Assembly (NCBI GenBank): GCA_035652955.1
Contig: DASRCU010000238.1
Span: forward strand, 1-55,764
Length of the DNA: 55,764 bases
Origin: Verrucomicrobiia bacterium
GTDB lineage: Bacteria > Verrucomicrobiota > Verrucomicrobiia > Limisphaerales > UBA11358
Reading direction: 5' to 3'
The notes below the pieces were generated by a model, which was not told the DNA's origin, searched no databases, and was given only the letters and a program-made list of their open reading frames with translations. How positions within the stretch are numbered: position 1 is the stretch's first letter; each line of letters starts with the position of its first letter. A program made the position numbers and the translations under genes. This document shows, piece by piece, positions 22,376-30,642 of the stretch.

Positions 22376-25300
22376 ATGAGTTGTCGTGAATCAGGTCGGC
22401 ACGGGCGAGTTCCGGGGAAATTTTTTCTTGGAGCGCTGTGCGCCGTCTTGTTGCCCGGATGGCACAGCGCGGCTGCCGGGCGGCTGACGCTCAATTTCGA
22501 TCCGGACTGGAAGTTCCTCAAGGCCGACCCGCCCGGTGCGCAGGAGCCGGGTTTTGACGACCGTCGTTGGGCCACGGTGTCTGTGCCGCATACTTACGAT
22601 GAGGACGATTCGTTCAATGCGCTTTCGCCGGGCCGGATGCTCGGTGAGACCAATCTCTGGTCGGGGCGCACGTGGTATCGCAAGACGTTCACCCTGCCGG
22701 ACGATTTCAAAGGCAAAAAAATTTACGTGGAATTCGAGGCAGTGCGGCAGGTCGCCGAGGTTTATTGCAACGGCCACTTTCTCGGCGCGTGCAAAAACGG
22801 GTTCCTGCCCTTTGGCTTTGACCTGACGCCCTACCTGCGCTTCGGCCAATCGAACGTGCTGGCGGTGATGTGCGACAACCGCTTCATGATCAGCCAGGTC
22901 GGTGCCGGCGCCGGCGATCCGCCGGGAACCAACGAGACCTTGTCCGCCTACGAAAGGCGCGTGAATGCCTCGTTGCCCGAGGGCGTGGACGAAATTCAAG
23001 CCGACCAGATTCCCTGGAACAATCCCCAGTGGCATCCGCCGCTGGGAGGCATTTACCGCAACGTGCGGCTTTACGTGACGGATCCGCTGCACCTTTCGCT
23101 GCCGCTTTACGATTTTCTCCAAACCACCGGTCCTTACGTTTACGCCACGGAAATTTCCTCCCGCTCCGCGAACATCGGCGTGACAGTGCCCGTGGAAAAC
23201 GGACGCGCGACAGGCGAAAAAATCCAGGTCAGCGCGAAAATTCTGGATGGCGAGGGCCAACCCGTGCTCACGTTGGCTCAAACCAACGAAATCGCCGCCG
23301 GTGCGCAGAAACAATTCCAGCTTTCCGGCACGCTGGAACATCCGCAACTGTGGGAGCCGGATTATCCCTGTCTTTACCGCGTGATTTGCTCGGTCAGCGT
23401 CGGTGGTCAAATCGTGGATTCATGCGAAATTCCACTGGGCATCCGCGCCGTGCATTGGGACGTGAAAACCGGCTTCTGGATCAACGGCCATCCGCTCCGC
23501 CTGCACGGCTGGGGTCAGCGCCCGACGGATGAATGGCCCGGCCTCGGCTCGGCGCAGCCGGATTGGCTCCATTTTTACACCCTCTGGCTGATGAAAAATG
23601 CCGGCGGCAATTTCATTCGCTGGGGCCATTGCGCCGGCGGACCGGCCATGATTCGCGCCGCCGATGAACTGGGGCTGATTACCGACCAGCCGGGCGTGGA
23701 CGGCGAATCCGACACCGTCGGCGCGGCCTGGAAAATTCGCGCCGCGGCATTCCGCGACGCGCTGATTTACTTCCGCAACGACCCGTCAATTCTGATCTGG
23801 GAAGGCGGCAACCAGAAAGTCACCCGCGCTCATGCCGCCGAATTGCGCCGCCTCGTGGAAACGTACGATCCCCACGGCGGACGCGCCCTCACCTTTCGCC
23901 GCGCCGACGCCGTTACCGGTCAATTCATGGACATTACCCTCGGCACCGAAGGCAGCCACGAAGTCCCGCGCCTGCCACTCGTCGAAGGGGAATACGACCG
24001 CGAAGAATCGCCGCGCCGGGTGTGGGACGATTTTTCGCCGCCGGATTTCGGCTACCCGCAGGCCCAAGGCCAGACTTATGATCTGCCCGCCGAGCAATAC
24101 GCCGTCAGCGAAATTCGGCAATACGTGGACAAAGTGTGGTCCAATCCCGGCAGTTGTGGCGGCGCCAACTGGATTTTTTCCGACTCCACCAGCGGCGGTC
24201 GCAACACCATCGAAGTGGCCCGCGCCAGCGGCGAAGTGGACGGCGTGCGGCTGCCAAAGGAGGCGTATTATGTCTGTCAAACCCTGTTCCGCGCCGATCC
24301 GCAGGTGCACATCATCGGGCACTGGAATTATCCGCCAGGCACGAAAAAAACAATTTACGTCGTGTCCAACTGCCGGGAGGTGGAATTGTTCGTGAACGGG
24401 AAATCGCTCGGTCGCGGCCGGCGCTCCGACGAATTTCTCTTTACGTTTCCCGACGTGGCCTGGGCGCCGGGCGAAATCAAAGCCGTCGCCAGCAACGACG
24501 GTGTGCCTCTGGCCACTAACGCCATTCATACCGCCGGACCGCCGGTGGCACTGCGGCTCACCTCCATCACCGGGCCGGACGGTTTGCTGGCCGATGGTTC
24601 GGACGTGGCGCTGATTGACGTGGAAGCGGTGGACGCCGCCGGCCAGCGCTGTCCCACCTTTCAGCGCCGCGTGGATTTCACCTGCACCGGCCCGGCTGTT
24701 TGGCGCGGCGGTTACAACAGCGGTCTGGCCGGTTCCATCGGCCAAAATCACCTGGAACTGGAATGCGGCATCAACCGGGTGGCGGTGCGCTCCACACTGG
24801 CGCCCGGCAGAATCATCGTAACGGCCACTTGTCCCGGCCTGAAAACCGGCCGCGTTGAAATTTTGTCCCATGCATTTCCGCTGACCGGCGGTTATTCACG
24901 CACGCCGCCGCCGCTGCCGGCCGTTACCCTCCCGGCGGTTCCGCCCGATTGGAGTCGTTTGACCACCGCGGTTCCGCCGATGACGGTGACCCCGGCGCCC
25001 GTCACGGCGGCCCGGGCCGGCCGATTTACCGAAACCTTCAGCTACTCCGGCCCGACCGAACGGGTCCACGTGGAGCTTAACGCCGCCGACGGCCGAACTG
25101 TTTATTGCGACCGCGATTACACCTTTGTGGATTTGCCCAGGGAATTGCAGGGCGCCGACTGGGTGCAGGCGGCTCAGGACGACCGGCTTTACAGTGCCGC
25201 CGACTTGATGCAGCTTGCCGCCCCGGCCGGCACCACGATTTATGTGGCGCACGACGCGCGGTTGCCGTGGCCGGAATGGTTACGACGGCAGTTCCAACCC

Positions 25301-25474
25301 ACGAAGGAAAACGTGGCGATCAACGGGCAGCCGATGAAATTGTTCAAACGCCGGTTGCAAAATGAGGAAAGCCTGACGCTCGGCTCCAATACCGACGATG
25401 TTCCGATTCCGCGTGGCAACATGTATGTCGTTTTTTTGAAAGGCGCCGGCCCGGCGTTGAGCGCCAGCCGATGA
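22376..25474 (+). CDS. GH2-fold glycoside hydrolase-like protein with a C-terminal accessory domain
   Basis: GH2 sugar-binding-domain signature DDRRWATVSVPHTYDED...WYRKTFTLPDDFKGKKIYVEFEAVRQVAEVYCNGHFLG. A TIM-barrel-like region with non-canonical motifs follows (see findings). 1032 aa. Confidence 0.8.
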   Translation: MSCRESGRHGRVPGKFFLGALCAVLLPGWHSAAAGRLTLNFDPDWKFLKADPPGAQEPGFDDRRWATVSVPHTYDEDDSFNALSPGRMLGETNLWSGRTWYRKTFTLPDDFKGKKIYVEFEAVRQVAEVYCNGHFLGACKNGFLPFGFDLTPYLRFGQSNVLAVMCDNRFMISQVGAGAGDPPGTNETLSAYERRVNASLPEGVDEIQADQIPWNNPQWHPPLGGIYRNVRLYVTDPLHLSLPLYDFLQTTGPYVYATEISSRSANIGVTVPVENGRATGEKIQVSAKILDGEGQPVLTLAQTNEIAAGAQKQFQLSGTLEHPQLWEPDYPCLYRVICSVSVGGQIVDSCEIPLGIRAVHWDVKTGFWINGHPLRLHGWGQRPTDEWPGLGSAQPDWLHFYTLWLMKNAGGNFIRWGHCAGGPAMIRAADELGLITDQPGVDGESDTVGAAWKIRAAAFRDALIYFRNDPSILIWEGGNQKVTRAHAAELRRLVETYDPHGGRALTFRRADAVTGQFMDITLGTEGSHEVPRLPLVEGEYDREESPRRVWDDFSPPDFGYPQAQGQTYDLPAEQYAVSEIRQYVDKVWSNPGSCGGANWIFSDSTSGGRNTIEVARASGEVDGVRLPKEAYYVCQTLFRADPQVHIIGHWNYPPGTKKTIYVVSNCREVELFVNGKSLGRGRRSDEFLFTFPDVAWAPGEIKAVASNDGVPLATNAIHTAGPPVALRLTSITGPDGLLADGSDVALIDVEAVDAAGQRCPTFQRRVDFTCTGPAVWRGGYNSGLAGSIGQNHLELECGINRVAVRSTLAPGRIIVTATCPGLKTGRVEILSHAFPLTGGYSRTPPPLPAVTLPAVPPDWSRLTTAVPPMTVTPAPVTAARAGRFTETFSYSGPTERVHVELNAADGRTVYCDRDYTFVDLPRELQGADWVQAAQDDRLYSAADLMQLAAPAGTTIYVAHDARLPWPEWLRRQFQPTKENVAINGQPMKLFKRRLQNEESLTLGSNTDDVPIPRGNMYVVFLKGAGPALSASR

Positions 25475-25489
25475 GGCCGGCACGCTATC

Positions 25490-25526
25490 CAGCAGGCCCG
25501 CCGGAGGCCGGTGCTGCCCGCTTTTC
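25490..25526 (+). terminator. Candidate rho-independent terminator after the GH2-like gene
   Basis: CAGCAGGCC-CGCCGGA-GGCC(GG)TGCTG forms a 9-bp stem with a 2-nt bulge, followed by CCCGCTTTTC. Confidence 0.35.
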
Positions 25527-25575
25527 ATTCGAGGACGTGGTTGAAAACGCCGCCGTGGAAATTTACTCTTGAATC

Positions 25576-28500
25576 GTGGCCGCCTCGTTTCTTCACCGCG
25601 CAGGATTCCTGGCCGGAGGGCTGATGGCACTGGCGCTTTCGGCCAACGGCGCCGATTCCCTCTGGTATGAACGCGCCTGGCAATCCGCCGAAGGGTTGCC
25701 GGACAACAGCGTCAGCGGCGTGGCGCAAACGCCCGACGGTTTTTTGTGGGTGGGCACCGCCGGCGGCCTGATGCGCTTCGACGGCGTGCGCTTCGAGGAA
25801 TTTCCGCTGGTGACCCTCGACGGCGTGCCCAATCACGTCGTACGCGCCCTGTTGCTGGACGCGCACGGCCGCCTTTGGCTGGGCATGGATCGCGGCCCCA
25901 TCGTGTGCCTTGCGCCCCATGCGGTGCAGGTGTTCACCAACGTGCCCGATGCCCGGGCTTCTTATCTGGCCGAAGACGCCGCCGGCGCCGTCTGGGTCAC
26001 CTACACCGACGGCGGCCTGATTCGCGTCCGGGACGGACAAGTGACGGTTTTCAACAGCGCCTCCGGCTGGCCGGAATCGGGTCTGTCCTCCCTGACCAGC
26101 GACCGCGATGGCCGGCTTTGGTTTGGCAAGGGGAATCGGGTGGGCATTTTCCAGCAGGGCAAGTTTCAAACGCTCTTGACATTTCCCGAAACGGTTTGGT
26201 GCCTGGCCCGGCGCCGAGCCGGCGGCATCTGGCTGTGCGCCGGACACCGCTTGTTGAGTTACGATGGGGGCGGAACACCACGCCAGTTCGGCGAGTTGCC
26301 CGTCCGCCCGTCCGGTATCGAAGTCACGGTGCTGTTCGAGGATTCCTCCGGCGCGTTGTGGATTGGCACGGCGGCCAACGGTCTGTTCCGCTGCGACGGC
26401 ACAAACACCACCGCCGTGCCGACCTCCTATCGCAGCATTGCCTGCCTGGCTCAGGACCGCGAGGGCAATCTCTGGGTAGGCACCGGCGGCGGCGGCCTGG
26501 ATCGGTTGCGACCGCGCATCATCGGTCTGCTGGGCACTGACACCGGCCTGCCGTACGAATCCGTCCGCTCCATTTGCGAAGACACCGCGGGCGCCATCTG
26601 GGTGACGATGCAAAACGGACTGTTGGCGCGCTGGCAGAGCAATGTTTGGAGTCAATTCCCTGAAAATCCCGGAGCTCCGACGGGTTTCTTCTCCTGTGTG
26701 GCAGCCGACCCGCATGGCGGATTGTGGATTGGCACCCGCGACCACGGATTTTATCACTGGCGCGACGGAGAATGCCGGAACTGGCGACAAGCCGACGGGC
26801 TGGGCAGCGACGACGTGCGCTGCATCCTCCAAACCCGGAACGGGGATGTGTACATTTCCACCGACGCGCCGTCGCATCCCTCGCCATTCATCCGCGAGGC
26901 GGTGGTCTCTTCGGGATTCAGCGCCCGGCTGCAACGGTTGCGGGACGGCCGTCTGCAACCCCTGGCGATGTCTTTGCAAACCCGCTCCCTTCGCGCCCTG
27001 GTTGAGGACGCCGCGGGGCGCGTCTGGGCGGGCAGCGCCGACGGCCGCCTGCTGCGCGTGGACGGCGACCGGCTGGTGGACGAAACCCCCGGAGTAACCA
27101 ACCGGTTACTTTCAATTCGCTGCCTGTGCGCCACCCTCGACGGCAGCCTGTGGATCGGTTACGCCGGCTGGGGCCTGGGCTGGCTCAAGGACGGCCATTT
27201 TGCCCGGATCACCTCCGAACAAGGTCTGTATGACGATTACGTCTCGCAACTGGTGGACGACGGCCGCGGCTGGCTGTGGTGCGCCGGCAACCACGGCATT
27301 TTTGAAGTGAAACTGGAACAACTCCGCGCCGTGGCGGAAGGACGCCAAAACCGCGTGCGTTCCCTGGCCTACAGCCGCGGCGAAGGCTTTCCGAATCTGC
27401 AACCCAATTATGAAAACGTGCCGGGCGCGCTGCGCAGCCGGGACGGCCGGCTCTGGTTCCCCATGCACACCGGTCTGGCCGTCATTCATCCCGATCGCGT
27501 TCCCAGCGGCGCCCCTCCGCCGCCAGTGCGGATCGAACAGGTCACAGTGGACGGTCGCGTCGTCGCCCGTGACGATCGTTACCTGCCGTCCGCCACGGAT
27601 CGGGAGTCCGCGCCGCTTGATCTGAGTTCATCCAACGTCGTGCTGCGTCTTCCGCCCCGGTTCCGGAAACTGGATTTCGTTTTCACCGCGCTCAGTTTCA
27701 CGGCGCCGGAAAACGTGGAGTTTGAATACCGCCTGCGCGGCCTGGACGATAACTGGGTCGAAGGCGGCACGGCGCGCGGCGTCAGTTATCCGCATCTGCC
27801 GCCGGGCAACTACCGCTTTGAAGTGCGCGCCGCCAGTCTCACCGATCAGTGGAGTCCGCAAAGCGCGGCGCTGAACTTTGTGGTGCGGCCGTTTTTCTGG
27901 CAAACCTGGTGGTTCCGCGCCGGCGGCGTGGTCATGTTCACGTTGAGCGTGGCCGGTCTGGTGCGCTACGTTTCCTTCCGGCGGTTGCATCGCCGGTTGC
28001 GTGCCCTGGAACAGCAGGCCGCGCTGCAGCGGGAGCGCGCCCGGATCGCCAAGGATATCCACGACGACCTCGGCGCTCATTTGACGCAAATCGCTTATCT
28101 GGGGGAGTTGGCCCAGCAGGACTTGATGGGGAAATCCCGACCGGCGGCCGATTCCGGCGCTTCGGCCGCTGAAAACGGGTGGCACGCGCAAACGCTGGAG
28201 CGCATCGGAAAAATTTCCGCCACCGCCCGGCAGGCCGTCCGCGCGCTCGATGAAATCGTCTGGGCGGTCAACCCGCGCAACGATACGCCGGCCCATTTGA
28301 TTGATTACGCCGGACAATTTGCCCTGGATTACCTGCGCACCGCCGGCATCCGCTGCCGCCTGGATTTTCCCGAACAAAGTCCGGCGCGCGAACTGTCCAC
28401 CGACCTGCGTCACAATTTGTTCCTGGTTATCAAGGAAGCGTTGCACAACATCGTCAAACACGCGCACGCCACGGAGGTTTGGCTGCGCGCCCGGTTCGAT

Positions 28501-28719
28501 CTCCGGGGATTGGAAATGGTCATCGAAGATAACGGCTGCGGTTTTGAGCATGCGCCTGACGACGCGCTGGCCGACGGTTTGCGCAACATGCAGCAGCGCA
28601 TGAACGATATCGGCGGCGATTGCCGGTGGGAAAGTCAATCTGGCCGCGGCACGCGGGTGACACTCCATCTGCCCTGGCCGGAGGAGCACCCGGCGCCAAA
28701 CATTATCCGTGAAACGTGA
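25576..28719 (+). CDS. Sensor histidine kinase with a periplasmic two-component-regulator-propeller (Reg_prop) and Y_Y_Y domain, and a HisKA_3 plus HATPase_c core
   Basis: GTG start. Repeated propeller units (AEGLPDNSVSGVAQTPDGFLWVGTAGGLMRFDG and others). Y_Y_Y block FEYRLRGLDDNWVEGGTARGVSYPHLPPGNYRFEVRA. Transmembrane segment WWFRAGGVVMFTLSVAGLV. H-box RERARIAKDIHDDLGAHLTQI. ATPase region VIEDNGCGF...GRGTRVTLHLP. Confidence 0.9.
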   Translation: MAASFLHRAGFLAGGLMALALSANGADSLWYERAWQSAEGLPDNSVSGVAQTPDGFLWVGTAGGLMRFDGVRFEEFPLVTLDGVPNHVVRALLLDAHGRLWLGMDRGPIVCLAPHAVQVFTNVPDARASYLAEDAAGAVWVTYTDGGLIRVRDGQVTVFNSASGWPESGLSSLTSDRDGRLWFGKGNRVGIFQQGKFQTLLTFPETVWCLARRRAGGIWLCAGHRLLSYDGGGTPRQFGELPVRPSGIEVTVLFEDSSGALWIGTAANGLFRCDGTNTTAVPTSYRSIACLAQDREGNLWVGTGGGGLDRLRPRIIGLLGTDTGLPYESVRSICEDTAGAIWVTMQNGLLARWQSNVWSQFPENPGAPTGFFSCVAADPHGGLWIGTRDHGFYHWRDGECRNWRQADGLGSDDVRCILQTRNGDVYISTDAPSHPSPFIREAVVSSGFSARLQRLRDGRLQPLAMSLQTRSLRALVEDAAGRVWAGSADGRLLRVDGDRLVDETPGVTNRLLSIRCLCATLDGSLWIGYAGWGLGWLKDGHFARITSEQGLYDDYVSQLVDDGRGWLWCAGNHGIFEVKLEQLRAVAEGRQNRVRSLAYSRGEGFPNLQPNYENVPGALRSRDGRLWFPMHTGLAVIHPDRVPSGAPPPPVRIEQVTVDGRVVARDDRYLPSATDRESAPLDLSSSNVVLRLPPRFRKLDFVFTALSFTAPENVEFEYRLRGLDDNWVEGGTARGVSYPHLPPGNYRFEVRAASLTDQWSPQSAALNFVVRPFFWQTWWFRAGGVVMFTLSVAGLVRYVSFRRLHRRLRALEQQAALQRERARIAKDIHDDLGAHLTQIAYLGELAQQDLMGKSRPAADSGASAAENGWHAQTLERIGKISATARQAVRALDEIVWAVNPRNDTPAHLIDYAGQFALDYLRTAGIRCRLDFPEQSPARELSTDLRHNLFLVIKEALHNIVKHAHATEVWLRARFDLRGLEMVIEDNGCGFEHAPDDALADGLRNMQQRMNDIGGDCRWESQSGRGTRVTLHLPWPEEHPAPNIIRET

Positions 28720-28766
28720 CGGGTTTCGGCCTCAATCAAATTTGCGTGGCGGGATTTGTGCGGGCT

Positions 28767-28778
28767 GAACATTTGTTC
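28767..28778. promoter_or_regulatory. Palindromic motif copy S6, GAACATTTGTTC
   Basis: In the 89-nt gap between the sensor kinase stop (28719) and the regulator ATG (28809). The extended form is CTGAACATTTGTTCAAT. Confidence 0.5.
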
Positions 28779-28808
28779 AATGGCGGCGCGAGCGGCAGGC
28801 GATACTTT

Positions 28809-29453
28809 ATGAAAACAAGTCCGATGCGGATCAAGGTTGCCATTGTGGAAGACAATCGCGGCACGCGCGAGAGCCTGGTGGAATTGCTCAACCGGGCCGG
28901 GAGCCTGCGCTGCGTGGGGGCGTACCCCACCGGCGAAGAAGCCCTCGCCCGAATCCCCGACGAACAGCCGGATGTGGTGTTGATGGACATCAATTTGCCG
29001 CGGATGAGCGGCATCGAATGCGTCGCCCGCTTGAAGGCCCAAATGCCCAAACTGCAGGTGTTGATGCTGACCACTTACGAGGAAAGCGACTTGATTTTCG
29101 ATTCCCTGCGCAAAGGCGCCAGCGGTTATTTGCTCAAAAACGCCGCTCCGGCCGAACTGATTCAGGCCGTTGAACAGGTCCACGCCGGCGGCGCGCCGAT
29201 GTCCATGCAGATTGCCCGCAAGGTGGTCAATCACTTCCAGCAGATCAAACAGCCGCAGTCCGAAGTCGAGCAGTTAACCAAACGCGAACAGGAAATTCTG
29301 GCCCTGCTGGCCAAGGGATATTTCTACAAGGAAATCGCCGATCATCTGGGCATCACCCTCAGCACGGTGCGCGCGCACCTGCACGCCGTTTATGAAAAAC
29401 TGCACGTCCAATCGCGCACCGAAGCGGTGGTCAAATATCTGGGGCGCGATTGA
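28809..29453 (+). CDS. NarL/LuxR-family response regulator (REC plus HTH_LuxR)
   Basis: MKTSPMRIKVAIVEDNRGTRESL...PDVVLMDINLPRMSGIE...LTKREQEILALLAKGYFYKEIADHLGITLSTVRAHLHAVYEKLHV. The ORF track extends upstream to a GTG at 28716, overlapping the kinase stop. Confidence 0.92.
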   Translation: MKTSPMRIKVAIVEDNRGTRESLVELLNRAGSLRCVGAYPTGEEALARIPDEQPDVVLMDINLPRMSGIECVARLKAQMPKLQVLMLTTYEESDLIFDSLRKGASGYLLKNAAPAELIQAVEQVHAGGAPMSMQIARKVVNHFQQIKQPQSEVEQLTKREQEILALLAKGYFYKEIADHLGITLSTVRAHLHAVYEKLHVQSRTEAVVKYLGRD

Positions 29454-29522
29454 AGCGGGCCCCTCGCCGGCGCCTCATGGCCGGCGGTTGCGGCAACGCT
29501 TCACGCTCCGGCTTTTGCCGGG

Positions 29523-30506
29523 TTACCGGCCAAACTTGGAGGCTGCCGGCAATCCGGCGGACGGCGCGTGTTTCGTCAACACCGGCGGATCGAGGTAGCG
29601 GTAGGGATTGTTCGGGTTGTCCGCCGAATAGGCGAAGGCCTCGCGGTGGTCGAGGAAATTTTTCACCAGCTCGACGGGAATGGCAAAGCCGAGACCTTCG
29701 CCGAAAAGAATTTTCATATTCGTGACGCCCACGACTTCGCCGGCCATGTTGAACAGCGGACCGCCACTGTTACCGGGGTTGATCTGCGCGGTGGTCTGCA
29801 GGTAAAGCTCCCCTTCCAATTCACGCGTTTTGGTGCTGATGATGCCTTGCGTAACAGTGCGTTCCAAGCCCATCGGGCTGCCGATGGCAAACACCGGGTC
29901 GCCCACCGCCAGCGCGTCCGAACTGCCCAACGAAACGTATTTAAACTTCGGGGCGTTCTTGTCCTCAATGTGCAACAGCGCCAGGTCGTGAAATTTGTTA
30001 ATGGCCACGATGCGCACCCGCCGGTAGACATCGCGCTGGAGCTGCCCGTCGGTCTGACGATACACTTCCACCGAAATTTCCGTTTCGCCCTCGATGACGT
30101 GGAAGTCGGTGATGAGATAACCATCCGGATTGATGAAAAATCCGGAGCCCAGCCCACTCGGCGTGCGAACCTGGACCACGGCTTCACCAATTTGCTTGAC
30201 AAGGTCGGACACGTCGCGGGCCGGTGAAACCGGCACGTTGGCGGTGTAAAAGGACGGCGGGTTCACGCTGCCGGCCGGCGCGACCGGTGGCGTTTTGATC
30301 CGTGCATCTGTCAGGCGCGCGATGATGTCCTTGCGCGGAATCACCAGCACGGTATAACCGATGTCCACCACCAGCGCATCGGGCTTGACCGCCAGCACCT
30401 TGCCGGTGACGGCGGCTTGATCTTTGAGCTGGATGGTGTCGGCAAAGGCTCCGGCCGCCGCAGCGCTCATCAACAACATGAAAACGGCAAATTTCTTCAA
30501 CGACAT
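29523..30506 (-). CDS. Secreted trypsin-like serine protease (S1C/HtrA-type catalytic domain, no PDZ domain seen)
   Basis: Signal peptide MSLKKFAVFMLLMSAAAAGAFA. Catalytic triad context GSGFFINPDGYLITDFHV, FHDLALLHI and NPGNSGGPLF. At 327 aa there is no room for a PDZ domain. Confidence 0.85.
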   Translation of the reverse strand: MSLKKFAVFMLLMSAAAAGAFADTIQLKDQAAVTGKVLAVKPDALVVDIGYTVLVIPRKDIIARLTDARIKTPPVAPAGSVNPPSFYTANVPVSPARDVSDLVKQIGEAVVQVRTPSGLGSGFFINPDGYLITDFHVIEGETEISVEVYRQTDGQLQRDVYRRVRIVAINKFHDLALLHIEDKNAPKFKYVSLGSSDALAVGDPVFAIGSPMGLERTVTQGIISTKTRELEGELYLQTTAQINPGNSGGPLFNMAGEVVGVTNMKILFGEGLGFAIPVELVKNFLDHREAFAYSADNPNNPYRYLDPPVLTKHAPSAGLPAASKFGR

Positions 30507-30642
30507 TGCCAGACCATAACCGAACCGACGGCGTTTGACAAGTGACCGGCATGGCCTTCCCCCGCGAAACAGCCGTCACCGGCTGCCGGTGCTTCCGGCG
30601 CGTGAGAAGGCGGAACATTAGCCGGGGCGGCCGCCTGCTTTT

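Noticed and set aside
22391-28689. Minus-strand ORFs 22391-23410, 23786-24871, 25525-26979 and 27628-28689
   Set aside because: All lie antisense to the well-supported GH2-like and Reg_prop kinase genes and have a shadow-frame composition.
11177-28778. Reading the GAAC-N4-GTTC palindromes as LexA (Cheo-box-like) SOS operators
   Set aside because: The spacing formally matches the Gram-positive-type SOS box. But none of the downstream genes is an SOS gene (no recA, lexA, uvr or polymerase genes). They are glycoside hydrolases, surface proteins and a response regulator. An ECF-type -35/-10 reading also failed, because no CGT-type -10 element lies at the expected spacing.
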